Of a DNA stretch of 64,000 bases, positions 50,200 through 59,609 are shown piece by piece. Origin of the DNA: Bacillota bacterium (GTDB lineage: Bacteria; Bacillota; Bacilli; ZCTH02-B2); contig PKQY02000005.1 of the NCBI GenBank assembly GCA_017577895.2, forward strand, positions 2,336 through 66,335. The letters are read 5' to 3'. Each line of letters starts with the position of its first letter. Positions within the stretch are counted from its first letter, which is position 1. Below the pieces are notes generated by a model. That model was not told the DNA's origin. It saw only the letters and a program-made list of their open reading frames with translations, and did not search any database. Position numbers and translations under genes: made by a program.

Positions 50200-50293
50200 G
50201 TTCCACTTCCCTACGCTGGTATTACCCAGATCAGGTTCCAAGGGTTAAGAGTTGCCTCTTTCTCAGCTCCGTATGGAGCACCCCTAGTGGAAA
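50200..50293 (-). promoter_or_regulatory. TPP (THI-box) riboswitch aptamer
   Basis: Minus strand CCACTAGGGGTGCTCCATACGGAGCTGAGAAAGAGGCAACTCTTAACCCTTGGAACCTGATCTGGGTAATACCAGCGTAGGGAAGTGG. It carries all conserved THI-box blocks (GGGGTGC, GCTGAGA, ACCC, ACCTGATCTGG.TAATACCAGCG.AGGGA) and a closing P1 helix CCACT/AGTGG. Confidence 0.92.
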
Positions 50294-50321
50294 TCGGGCT
50301 GATTCAATTGTCTTGCTATTC

Positions 50322-50350
50322 ATTGTATCCCAACGACTGCGCCATGGCAA
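50322..50350 (-). promoter_or_regulatory. Sigma-A-type promoter for the riboswitch/thiamin salvage operon
   Basis: Minus strand TTGCCA-17 nt-TACAAT, about 30 nt upstream of the aptamer. Confidence 0.6.
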
Positions 50351-50366
50351 GGGCCGCCGCCGGTCA

Positions 50367-51314
50367 TCATCCGGTTGAGGGCCGCACTTGCGCCTGACCG
50401 GCCATTTCCACCGTCTCTTCTTGTCCGCGGTGCTGCCGCAACACTTCCATGCACATGTACGTCTGTACCCCGAACAAGAACAAGATCAATGTGGCGTGCA
50501 ACAAGCGGGTAAACAAGTTGAGTCCGGCCCAGATCATCAAGCCGCCGCTCAAAATTTGCAACACCACCAGCGCCCCCGACCACCAACCGGCAAGCAGCAT
50601 ATCCCGCCGCTCTTTATAGCGCCGGATGGTCACCACCATGAGCGTCAAAACAATCACCATGAGCAAAAAGCCGCTCAGCCGGTGCATGAACTGGATGCCG
50701 GAAGCTCCTTCAAAACCGGGAAACCACTTTCCGTCACAGAGCGGAAACCACCGGCCGCACCCGCCGCTGGCGCCGCTGTGCACCACATAACCGCCTGTAT
50801 ACACCACAACGTACGTAGATACGGCGGAAGCCAGCACAGAAAAGCGGTAACCTTTGCCGAACGAAATGGGCGTCGGTTTGGCATCCCATCGATACAGGAT
50901 GATGGTAAACAGGAACACCGTGGCAAAGGCGACCAACGACACGCCAAAATGCAGCGCCATGATGGGCGTCGACTGGCCGAAGACGACGGCACCGGCCCCC
51001 AACAGCGCCTGAATGACTGTAAAGACAAAACTGGCCGTGACCATAAACATAGCGTCCCGCCGCTCTTTGCATGCCCGCTGCGCCCATATGAGCAAGACCG
51101 TAATGAGCAGGCCGGCGATGCCGGAGATCAAGCGGTGACTGTACTCAATATACGATTCGATGGTCTCCATCGGCAAAAAACTGCCTTCACACAACGGCCA
51201 GGAACGACCGCAACCGTCACCCGAGTCGGTTTTCGTCACCATCGTTCCACCGAAAACGACCAAAAACATGAACACCGTCGTGGCGACCGCCAACGCCTTC
51301 AGACCTTTGTTCAC
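50367..51314 (-). CDS. ctaA: Heme A synthase (CtaA/COX15 family)
   Basis: GDGCGRSWPLCEG and GGCGRWFPLCDG paired-Cys motifs, 8 TM with conserved His. SD GGAGGTG + GTG start. Confidence 0.9.
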   Translation of the reverse strand: MNKGLKALAVATTVFMFLVVFGGTMVTKTDSGDGCGRSWPLCEGSFLPMETIESYIEYSHRLISGIAGLLITVLLIWAQRACKERRDAMFMVTASFVFTVIQALLGAGAVVFGQSTPIMALHFGVSLVAFATVFLFTIILYRWDAKPTPISFGKGYRFSVLASAVSTYVVVYTGGYVVHSGASGGCGRWFPLCDGKWFPGFEGASGIQFMHRLSGFLLMVIVLTLMVVTIRRYKERRDMLLAGWWSGALVVLQILSGGLMIWAGLNLFTRLLHATLILFLFGVQTYMCMEVLRQHRGQEETVEMAGQAQVRPSTG

Positions 51315-51425
51315 TAGGGCACCTCCTGTCCTGATGAGCTCCTAGCCTCAACGTCCATTATACCTGAAAAGGCCGGCGGCCACCTAAAGCAAAAAAAGAC
51401 AATCTTGTGACGTACCCCCGGACTG

Positions 51426-52145
51426 CTAAAACAACCGATACCCCCAGTCTTCTAAATATTGGCCAAGCAAAGCGAGGGGCAAGCCCACCACGTTGAAATA
51501 ATCGCCGGTGATGCCTTCCACCAATGTGGCCCCCAGGCCTTGAATGGCGTAAGCGCCCGCTTTGTCCAGCGGTTCCCCGGTGGCGACATAACGGCGGATG
51601 GTGTCTTCCGACAACGGGCGGAACCGGACTTCGGTCCGCACATGCCCCAAACGGTGCTCAATCTTCGGAGATGCTTCCGAACGGCTGTCGAGGCAAAAAA
51701 GGGCCAAGCCGCTGAAAACCTCGTGTTGCCGCCCGGACAACCGTTGCAACATCCGGACCGCCTCTTCCGCATCAGAAGGTTTTCCCATCACTTCCCCGTC
51801 CAAGACGACAACCGTATCGGCGGCGATGACCAACACCGGCACCTCCGCCCCATCCGTCATCGCGTCCGCATCCGTCCATGACGCCGAACCACGAGAACGG
51901 GCTTGTGCCTCCGAAGCCACGGTCACCGGGCTTTCGGCCCGACGGTGTACCAACTGCTCCACCACCGCCCGCCCTTTCCGGTACGCCAATTGTTCCACCG
52001 CTTCTGCCGGGCTCCAATGGGCGGCCATCGTTTCGTCCACATCCGGCACACAAACAGCAAAGCGGATGCCCACTGAGGCCAGCAGTTCTTTCCGCCGTGG
52101 CGAACCGGAAGCCAGAATCACTTCAGCGCGGGGCTGAAGTCCCAT
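51426..52145 (-). CDS. maf: Maf-family nucleoside-triphosphate pyrophosphatase (with an internal insertion)
   Basis: ILASGSPRRKELL, ADTVVVLDG and AGAYAIQG motifs. SD GGAGGTGATGGG + ATG at 52145. Confidence 0.85.
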   Translation of the reverse strand: MGLQPRAEVILASGSPRRKELLASVGIRFAVCVPDVDETMAAHWSPAEAVEQLAYRKGRAVVEQLVHRRAESPVTVASEAQARSRGSASWTDADAMTDGAEVPVLVIAADTVVVLDGEVMGKPSDAEEAVRMLQRLSGRQHEVFSGLALFCLDSRSEASPKIEHRLGHVRTEVRFRPLSEDTIRRYVATGEPLDKAGAYAIQGLGATLVEGITGDYFNVVGLPLALLGQYLEDWGYRLF

Positions 52146-52210
52146 CCCATCACCTCCGCTTTTGCGTATCTCGCATGGTATGGTCTCACTCAGTATTATC
52201 TTGTTTCGTA

Positions 52211-53074
52211 TCAAGAAAAGACGATGGTTTTATTGCCGTACACGAGCACCCGGTCTTCCAGATGCCAACGGACCGCCCGGGCCAGAACGATGCGTTCCAC
52301 ATCCCGGCCGATGCGTTTCAAATCGTCCACTTGATCCCGATGGTCGACCCGCTGCACGTCTTGCTCGATAATCGGGCCTTGATCCAGTTCTTCCGTCACG
52401 TAATGGGCTGTGGCGCCGATGATTTTCACGCCGCGCTCATAGGCTTGATGGTACGGCCTGCCACCGACAAAGGCCGGCAAGAACGAATGGTGAATGTTGA
52501 TGATCTGGTTACGGTATCGCTGCACCATCCGCGGGGGAATAATTTGCATGTAGCGGGCCAACACGATGGTGTCCACTTTGCCTTCCAACAATTGCAAGTG
52601 GATTTCCTCCGCTTCTTCCCGCTTCGACTTGTCCACCGGCACGTAGAAATACGGGATTTGAAACGGTTTCACCAACGGCTCCAAATCCCGGTGATTGCTC
52701 ACCACCATGACAATCTCGGCCGGCAGTTCCCCCAACTGCCAACGCCAAAGCAATTCTTGCAAGCAATGTTCTTCTTTCGAGGCAAAAATGGCCAGTCGTT
52801 TTTTCACGCCCGCATGGGTCATTCGCCAAGCCATTTGAAAGCGGGACGCGATGTCATGAAACTGCTGCTCCAACTCGGGCAGCCGTTCCGCCAGATTGGG
52901 CAAGTCAAATTCGATACGCATAAAAAAACGGCCGCCTTCCGGATCGGTGGAATGTTGATCCGACTGCACGATATTGGCGCCGTTTTGAAACAGAAACTGG
53001 GAAACGGTCGCAACAATGCCGGGACCGTCTGGACAAGAAATGAGCATTCGGCCTCGGTTCGTCAAATCTTTCAT
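52211..53074 (-). CDS. purU: Formyltetrahydrofolate deformylase
   Basis: N-terminal ACT domain (LISCPDGPGIVATVSQFL) plus formyltransferase motifs (INIHHSFLPAF, GATAHYVTEELDQGPII). Confidence 0.95.
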   Translation of the reverse strand: MKDLTNRGRMLISCPDGPGIVATVSQFLFQNGANIVQSDQHSTDPEGGRFFMRIEFDLPNLAERLPELEQQFHDIASRFQMAWRMTHAGVKKRLAIFASKEEHCLQELLWRWQLGELPAEIVMVVSNHRDLEPLVKPFQIPYFYVPVDKSKREEAEEIHLQLLEGKVDTIVLARYMQIIPPRMVQRYRNQIINIHHSFLPAFVGGRPYHQAYERGVKIIGATAHYVTEELDQGPIIEQDVQRVDHRDQVDDLKRIGRDVERIVLARAVRWHLEDRVLVYGNKTIVFS

Positions 53075-53167
53075 GTTTCCGTTTGGCTCCTTTCCCTGAT
53101 GCACCAACTCTTATGCTTCATTCTCTGTTTCTATCCTACCGAGTATAGCGCAACTTGGAGCCGGTTG

Positions 53168-53503
53168 TCATGATCTTTGTTCCGGGCTTTGTTCCGTACT
53201 TTGGGCCGCCTGGAATCCATGGCGCGGCCGTTGTTGCACGATTTCAATCGCTTTCGTCAAGGCCACATGAATATCCGCTTGCCGCTGGAAGCTCAGATGC
53301 TCCGCTTTGACCAGCAATTCTCCTTCCCGGCTGACGACGTAATGGGGCGACAAACTGTTCAACGCAATGGCCTGAATGTCGAGCATGCACCGTTCGCAAC
53401 GGCAAAGGTTCGGATAATGTTTCAACACGCAGTCCAGTTCCTGTTGGACCAGCCATTGCATCATGTTGACCAACCGGAGTTCCACATCCGTCCCCTCCCC
53501 CAT
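53168..53503 (-). CDS. ComFB-family (late competence development) protein
   Basis: LVNMMQWLVQQELD...CRCERCMLDIQAIALNSLSPHYV matches the ComFB Cys motif pattern. Confidence 0.75.
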   Translation of the reverse strand: MGEGTDVELRLVNMMQWLVQQELDCVLKHYPNLCRCERCMLDIQAIALNSLSPHYVVSREGELLVKAEHLSFQRQADIHVALTKAIEIVQQRPRHGFQAAQSTEQSPEQRS

Positions 53504-53519
53504 GTTCCTGTCCGTGCTC

Positions 53520-54707
53520 CTATGTTTCTTTTTCTTCCAACAAGGACCGAATCCCTTTCTCGATTTCCCGCCGGACGAGCGGATCGACTTCCGTGTTCAA
53601 CTGTTCTTCGAGCGTCTTGCGAATGTCTTGCCGCTCGTCGTCAGACAGGCGCGCTCCGATTTTTCCCAACGCCCAAGCGGCAGTGCCCCGAATGACCGGC
53701 CGCGGATCCGACAACTGTTCTTTCAATAACGGCACGGCCGTGGCGTCCCGGTAGTGGGCCAGCGCCAAAATGGCGTTGCGCTGCAAGGGCTTTTTACCGC
53801 GCCAACTGGCGGCCGAATGGCCAAACCGCTCCCGAAACTCCCGGTTGCTCATGGTCAACAACGGCTGCAACAACGGCTTCACCACGTCCGGATCCGGCGC
53901 AAAAGCTTCCTGATGGGTCGGATTGATGCCGCGGTTGTAAGGGCAGACCAGTTGGCACGTGTCGCACCCGTACAGCCGGTTGCCGATGACGTCCCGGAAT
54001 TCGTCGGGGAGAAAATCTTTCGTCTGCGTCAAATAGGAGACGCACCGCTGGGCGTTCAGCTGCCCGGGCGCTACCAACGCCCCGGTGTGGCAATGGTCGA
54101 GGCATCGGGTGCAGTCGCCGCACGCTTCGGTCACCGGCACGTCGGGAGGGAACGGCAAGTTGGTCACCATTTCGCCCAAGTACACCCACGAACCGAACTC
54201 GGGGGTGATAAGCATCGTGTTTTTGCCGATCCAGCCCAAACCGGCCCGCTCGGCCACCGCCCGGTCGGACAAGGCGCCGGTGTCAACCATGATGGCGACC
54301 TGGACGCCGTCCACCCGTTGCCGCAAGTAATCGGCCAATGCTTCCAACTTCCGCCGCAACACCCGATGGTAATCTTCCCCCCATGCCGAGCGGGCCAACA
54401 ACCCGCGGTACGCCCCCGGCCGGGAACGGGGGGCATCTTTCAGCCGGGTCGGGTACGCCAGGGCGATGGCAATGATGGAACGGGCATCCGGCAACGTGCG
54501 GCGAGGATCGGTCCGTTTGTCCAAATCGGGCTCCTCAAAGCCCGACGCGTAGCCCAGCTCCTGCTGTCGACGGAACCGTTCTTTCAATTCGGCAAAGGGC
54601 TCCGCTGTCGCAAAGCCGATTTTGTCGATGCCGATGGTGCGGGCGTACGCCCGCACATCTTCTTTCAGCCGTTGCCAACGGTCCACGCCGTTGCCCATCC
54701 ATCTCAC
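53520..54707 (-). CDS. queG: Epoxyqueuosine reductase
   Basis: Two 4Fe-4S motifs (CGDCTRCLDHCHTGA, CDTCQLVCPYN) plus C-terminal HEAT-like repeats. Confidence 0.92.
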   Translation of the reverse strand: MRWMGNGVDRWQRLKEDVRAYARTIGIDKIGFATAEPFAELKERFRRQQELGYASGFEEPDLDKRTDPRRTLPDARSIIAIALAYPTRLKDAPRSRPGAYRGLLARSAWGEDYHRVLRRKLEALADYLRQRVDGVQVAIMVDTGALSDRAVAERAGLGWIGKNTMLITPEFGSWVYLGEMVTNLPFPPDVPVTEACGDCTRCLDHCHTGALVAPGQLNAQRCVSYLTQTKDFLPDEFRDVIGNRLYGCDTCQLVCPYNRGINPTHQEAFAPDPDVVKPLLQPLLTMSNREFRERFGHSAASWRGKKPLQRNAILALAHYRDATAVPLLKEQLSDPRPVIRGTAAWALGKIGARLSDDERQDIRKTLEEQLNTEVDPLVRREIEKGIRSLLEEKET

Positions 54708-54746
54708 CCCCTGCGCACCGCCGCTTCCATTGTCCCTGCCCGGACC

Positions 54747-55208
54747 TCACGGTTTCGTGTTCGGAATGGCCGCCACCGCCAAAGCGTCACAGCGGTTGTT
54801 CCACGGGTTGTCGTGATGGCCCTTTACTTTGCAGAAACGGACGTCGTGTCGGCGCGTCAAGTCCAACAGCGCTTGCCACAAGTCTTGATTTTCCACCGGC
54901 TCCTTTTTGCTGTTGCGCCAACCGTTTTGCTGCCATTTTTCCAGCCAGCCCTGCTCAAAGGCGTTGACCAAATACGCACTGTCGCTGTACAACGTCACCC
55001 GGCAGGGCCGTTTCAGTTGCCGCAATGCCTCAATGGCCGCCGTCAATTCCATCCGGTTGTTGGTCGTCGACACCTCGCCCCCGGAAATTTCTTTCCGGTG
55101 TTCGCCGTACATGAGAATCGCTGCCCAACCGCCGGGGCCCGGATTGCCGGAACAAGCCCCGTCCGTATAAATGATGACTTCTTTCTCCGTTCCTTGTTGC
55201 TCGGCCAT
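54747..55208 (-). CDS. rnhA: Ribonuclease HI
   Basis: [31 protein letters not shown] and YSDSAYLVN motifs. SD AAGGAGGTGG + ATG at 55208. Confidence 0.93.
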   Translation of the reverse strand: MAEQQGTEKEVIIYTDGACSGNPGPGGWAAILMYGEHRKEISGGEVSTTNNRMELTAAIEALRQLKRPCRVTLYSDSAYLVNAFEQGWLEKWQQNGWRNSKKEPVENQDLWQALLDLTRRHDVRFCKVKGHHDNPWNNRCDALAVAAIPNTKP

Positions 55209-55250
55209 GGGCCACCTCCTTGGCCGGACGAATGCCGGCCACATGGTCAT

Positions 55251-57020
55251 TTATGGACTTTCCGCGTCGATCACCCGTACGCGCAAACTGCGCAGCCGGT
55301 TGATGGCCGCCGCCACTTCCAACCGCCGCGGCAGGGCTAAATCGCCCGGATGCTGCCCGGCATACGGAGACAGGATGTCCAATCCTTCTTCGGACAGCCG
55401 CTTTTCTAGCCAGTCCAGGCATTCGGCTATGCTCCGTCGGCCGTCGGCGATCTCTTTTTCCATCATCCGCAGCACTTCCGCCAACGCCCGCGTCTGGCTT
55501 TCATCCACCAATTGTTCCAGTCCGCTCAAATCCAGCCGCTCTTCGCCGTACAAAATCGTGTATAGCCCCTTGGCATCGACTTTTTCTTTGCGGCCGCGGC
55601 GGGCTTTGAAACTTTCCGGCAGCACGATTCGCAGCCGGGGCGTGCCAAACCGCTCGCCCCCTTCCGGCCGCCGCTGGGTCGGGTAACGGGCCGCGATTTG
55701 CTTCGCCTCTTCGGTGACATCGTATGGGCGATACGCCTCCATCTTGATCACCCGATGGGCGACGTCCAAATAGTCGCCCGAACCCCCCAGTACGAGAATG
55801 GTCGAGACGCCCCGTTCCTCGTACAACTGTCGCACCTTGTCGATGAACGGCGTGATGGGCTCCTGTGCTTTGGCCACCAACGCCTGCATACGGGCGTCGC
55901 GAATCATGAAGTTGGTGGCGCTGGTGTCTTCATCCATCAAGAGCACTTCGCAACCGGCCTCCAGCGCCTCCATGATGTTGGCCGCCTGCGACGTGCTGCC
56001 GCTGGCGTCTTCGGTGGAAAACTGCCGGGTGTCCTGACCGAAGGGCAAATCGTTGATGAACGGCGAAATGTCCACTTTCTCCACCCGGCGGCCGTCTTCG
56101 GCCCGGATTTTCATCGCCCGCTCCCGGGTGATGACGTATTCCCGGCCGTCCCCCCGAATGTGGTTGTACACGCCCCGTTCGATGGCTTTCAACAACGTAC
56201 TTTTGCCGTGATAGCCGCCGCCGACGATCAACGTGATGCCGGTCGGAATCCCCATTCCGCGAATGTGCCGTCCGCCGGGCAAGTCCAGCGTCACTTCCAG
56301 CGACGGCGGCGAGACAAAGGGTACCACACGGCCTTGCATGGGCCGGTTGCTCACGCCGCTTTCCCGCGGCAGGATAGCGCCGTTGGCCACAAACGCCACC
56401 AGGCCCCGCTCTTCCAACGCCCGGCGGATGGCCGCTTGGTCGTCGGCCAACTGCAACTGATCGAGGAGCGCCGCTTCGTCCAACGCCGACCGATACAACG
56501 TGCCTCGCCCGATGGCGGGAACGTCGCCGCACAACATCTCCACCGCCTCCCGGCCGAGCACCCTCCGCCCGGCCGCTGGCAAGCCGACTTTCAAGCGCAA
56601 TTCGACGTAATCGGCGGTCACTTTCACCGCCGTCCGCGGCAACATTTCCTGCCCCGGCTCATCGACGTGAATCAAGCCGCTTTTTCCGCTGCCACGCCGG
56701 GTGCGCATCCGGCGGATGATCCGGGCAGCGGTGCGGGCCAAAAAATCTTCCAACGCCACTCGCCGATAGTCCGTCGCATCCCATTCGGCCGGGATGCCCG
56801 ATGCGCTGCGGGATACCCGCAACCGAATCCGGGACGGACTGGCAAACGGATCGCCCTGAACATAATCGATAAACAACGTCATGTCGCCGTCGCGGTATTG
56901 GCCTTGAATCGCTTTGTAGGCCTTATACCCGCGGCCGTCGATTTGCAACAGCTGTTGTCTCAATCGCTGCATCTTCTCCGCGCTTCCTTCCACAACCCAG
57001 TTTGCAATCCACTTTGCCAC
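55251..57020 (-). CDS. ABC_ATPase-family protein (predicted ATPase of the ABC class, function unknown)
   Basis: 589 aa with N-terminal LLQIDGRGYKAYKAIQGQY...DYVQGDPFASPSRIRLRV and Walker A GGGYHGKSTLL, characteristic of the Pfam ABC_ATPase family as I recall it. Confidence 0.8.
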   Translation of the reverse strand: MAKWIANWVVEGSAEKMQRLRQQLLQIDGRGYKAYKAIQGQYRDGDMTLFIDYVQGDPFASPSRIRLRVSRSASGIPAEWDATDYRRVALEDFLARTAARIIRRMRTRRGSGKSGLIHVDEPGQEMLPRTAVKVTADYVELRLKVGLPAAGRRVLGREAVEMLCGDVPAIGRGTLYRSALDEAALLDQLQLADDQAAIRRALEERGLVAFVANGAILPRESGVSNRPMQGRVVPFVSPPSLEVTLDLPGGRHIRGMGIPTGITLIVGGGYHGKSTLLKAIERGVYNHIRGDGREYVITRERAMKIRAEDGRRVEKVDISPFINDLPFGQDTRQFSTEDASGSTSQAANIMEALEAGCEVLLMDEDTSATNFMIRDARMQALVAKAQEPITPFIDKVRQLYEERGVSTILVLGGSGDYLDVAHRVIKMEAYRPYDVTEEAKQIAARYPTQRRPEGGERFGTPRLRIVLPESFKARRGRKEKVDAKGLYTILYGEERLDLSGLEQLVDESQTRALAEVLRMMEKEIADGRRSIAECLDWLEKRLSEEGLDILSPYAGQHPGDLALPRRLEVAAAINRLRSLRVRVIDAESP

Positions 57021-57159
57021 GAGTATACCACGATCGGACAGCCAATCCTAGAAACCCGCGAGATGGTTGGGTGTTCCTTGGCGGCCCATTACTTGACGAT
57101 TTTCGTCTTTTGGTATAATAGGGCAAACAGCGGTAGATTTGACAAAAGTGTGAATTGAG

Positions 57160-58593
57160 GTGAGTGCCGTGTCCATCCAATGGGAACAGGAAGTGGAAAA
57201 ACGGAAAGACGAGCTGTTGCAAACCGCCATGCGGTTTCTCGCCATCCCCAGCGTCAAGGACGAAACCCATGCTGCTCCGGGCGCCCCTTTCGGTCCCGGC
57301 ATTCAACAGGCGATGCAATTTGTGTTGAACGAATGTAAAAAAATGGGGTTGACCATTCGCGAGCTGGACGGCTATGCCGCCCACGCCGAGATGGGACAAG
57401 GCGAAGAGCTGGTGGGCGTCCTTTGTCACGTGGACGTGGTGCCGCCGGGAGAAGGCTGGACGACCCCGCCCTTTCAACCGACCATCCGGCACGGCAAACT
57501 GTACGCCCGGGGCGCGCTAGACGACAAAGGGCCGACCATCGCCGCACTGTACGCGCTCAAAATCATCAAAGAGCTGGATTTGCCTTTATCCCGCCGCGTT
57601 CGGTTGATCTTGGGCGGAGATGAAGAAAGCGGCTGGAAGTGTATGGAACGGTATTTTGCGGAAGAAGAAATGCCGACGTTCGGCTTTGCGCCCGATGCGG
57701 TGTTTCCGATGATTTCCGCGGAAAAGGGCATTCTCGACGTGCACATGGCGTATCGGCCCGCTCCCGAACCGGAAAATGCTTCATCTCCCTTGCAACTGCT
57801 GTCCTTCGAAGCCGGCCTGCGCCTGAACATGGTGCCGGCAGAAGCGACGGCCGTCATCACCGGGGATGCGGAACCACTGGACCGGTTAAAAAAGCGGTTT
57901 GAAATGGACGTCGTCCGTCCCGGCCGGGGCAAACTGGCACAAGCAGGCCGGCGGTTGACCATCACGTGTTTCGGCAAAGCGGCCCACGGCATGGAACCGG
58001 AAAAAGGCGTCAACGCCGGGCTGATGTTGGCCCATTTCTTGCGGAACGAACCGTTCCGCGCGGCTGACAAAGGTTTCCTGGAAGCGCTGGTCCAAGGGTT
58101 TTACGGCGACTTTCACGGCGCCAGTCTCGGCATTGCCTACTCGGACGAGATCACGGGGCCGCTGACCGTCAATCTCGGGCGAATGGACTACCACCACGAG
58201 GACGGCGCACCGGAAGGGCAACTGGGGTTGACCATCCGTTATCCGGTAACCACACCGTTTGCCGAAACGTTGGACAAACTGCGCATCAACGCGGCCCGTT
58301 GGGGACTGGATATCGCCTCGTACACCAACAAAGAACCGCATCACGTGGACACGGATCACTTTTTAGTCAAAACGTTGCGGCGGATCTACGAAGAGCACAC
58401 CGGACTGGACAGCACGCCCCTGTCCATCGGCGGCGGCACGTACGCCCGCACGCTGAAAGCCGGTGTCGCCTTTGGCCCGCTTTTCCCGGGGCGGGAAGAG
58501 ACCGCCCACCAAGTCAATGAATACATTCACGTGGACGACTTGCTGAAAGCGACTGCCATATACGCCCATGCCATTTATGAACTCGCTCGGTAA
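57160..58593 (+). CDS. pepV: Dipeptidase PepV (M20 family)
   Basis: About 475 aa with HVDVVPPGEGW, GRGALDDKGP and GGDEESGW motifs. The start may be the GTG at 57169 rather than 57160. Confidence 0.88.
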   Translation: MSAVSIQWEQEVEKRKDELLQTAMRFLAIPSVKDETHAAPGAPFGPGIQQAMQFVLNECKKMGLTIRELDGYAAHAEMGQGEELVGVLCHVDVVPPGEGWTTPPFQPTIRHGKLYARGALDDKGPTIAALYALKIIKELDLPLSRRVRLILGGDEESGWKCMERYFAEEEMPTFGFAPDAVFPMISAEKGILDVHMAYRPAPEPENASSPLQLLSFEAGLRLNMVPAEATAVITGDAEPLDRLKKRFEMDVVRPGRGKLAQAGRRLTITCFGKAAHGMEPEKGVNAGLMLAHFLRNEPFRAADKGFLEALVQGFYGDFHGASLGIAYSDEITGPLTVNLGRMDYHHEDGAPEGQLGLTIRYPVTTPFAETLDKLRINAARWGLDIASYTNKEPHHVDTDHFLVKTLRRIYEEHTGLDSTPLSIGGGTYARTLKAGVAFGPLFPGREETAHQVNEYIHVDDLLKATAIYAHAIYELAR

Positions 58594-58641
58594 GCGCAAA
58601 CCAACAATTTTTCCAAATAAAAACGCCCGTCTAAAAAAACG

Positions 58642-58684
58642 CCCGTCGCATGTCATGCATGACGACGGGTGTCATCATTTTCCA
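58642..58684 (+). terminator. Possible terminator after pepV
   Basis: CCCGTCG..(palindromic loop TCATGCATGA)..CGACGGG followed by a T-poor tail, TGTCATCATTTT. Confidence 0.45.
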
Positions 58685-58722
58685 AACTTGTCAGATTAAT
58701 AAATAGAAAATAAAATATAGCC

Positions 58723-58758
58723 AAAAAATGAAAGACGTGTAAAAAATGAAAGACGTGT
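58723..58758. repeat. Perfect 18-bp tandem duplication upstream of the MBL hydrolase gene
   Basis: AAAAAATGAAAGACGTGT occurs twice with no spacer, ending 40 nt before the ATG at 58799. Confidence 0.9.
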
Positions 58759-58798
58759 ATCCAAATCATAAACGGGTAGGATGTGGGGGAAAGGAACG

Positions 58799-59608
58799 AT
58801 GTGGATCAAAAAACAGTTCCGCCAGGAATCGATCCATGGAGTCGAAATGGGCATTGCCAACATTGGCGTACCCGGCTTCGCGTTGTCGGTCCATTGCTTC
58901 GTCGTCGACGGTGTCCTCATCGACACCGGTTCCCAATCGCTCGAAAAAGCATTCATCCCATTTTTTCAACAACAGGACATCGACCAGGTGGTCATTACCC
59001 ACTATCACGAAGACCACACCGGTTGCGCCGCCTATTTGCAAGAGACACGAAAAGTGCCGATTTACATGAACGAAATGACCATTGCATATTGCCAGAAAGA
59101 AGCCGATTATCCCGCGTACCGAAAAATATTTTGGGGGAAGCGGCGCCCGTTTCAGGCCCAGCCCATCGGGCAAACGTTTACGTCCCGCCGGGCCAATTGG
59201 GACGTCATCGAAACACCGGGACACAGCGCCGATCACTTGGCGTTTTTGAACCGGGAAACGGGGCAACTGTTCACCGGCGATTTGTATTGTCATGAAAAAA
59301 CGAAAGTCATCTTGCGCGAGGAAAGCATTCCCAACATCATGGCTTCATTGCGAAAAGTGCTGACCTACGATTTTCAAGAAGTGTTTTGCTGCCATGCCGG
59401 CTATTTGCCCGACGGCCGGACGGCGCTGCAACGGAAACTGGACTATCTGGAGGACTTGCAGGGAAACATTTTGCGCATGCACAAAAAAGGCATGACGCCG
59501 GAAGAAATCCGACGCCAGCTTTTCCCCAAAAAATATCCCATCATCTTCTTTTCATTCGGAGAATGGGATTCCTTGCACATCATCCATTCGGTACTGAAAG
59601 CCGCATAA
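58799..59608 (+). CDS. MBL-fold metallo-hydrolase
   Basis: VITHYHEDHTGCAAYL (HxHxDH motif). SD GGAAAGGAAC + ATG at 58799. Confidence 0.85.
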   Translation: MWIKKQFRQESIHGVEMGIANIGVPGFALSVHCFVVDGVLIDTGSQSLEKAFIPFFQQQDIDQVVITHYHEDHTGCAAYLQETRKVPIYMNEMTIAYCQKEADYPAYRKIFWGKRRPFQAQPIGQTFTSRRANWDVIETPGHSADHLAFLNRETGQLFTGDLYCHEKTKVILREESIPNIMASLRKVLTYDFQEVFCCHAGYLPDGRTALQRKLDYLEDLQGNILRMHKKGMTPEEIRRQLFPKKYPIIFFSFGEWDSLHIIHSVLKAA

Positions 59609-59609
59609 C

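Noticed and set aside
51878-57158. A series of long plus-strand ORFs (51878-53173, 53754-55340, 55698-57158)
   Set aside because: Each is antisense to clearly identified genes (maf/purU, queG/rnhA, ABC_ATPase), Arg/Pro/His-rich, and lacks SD sequences.
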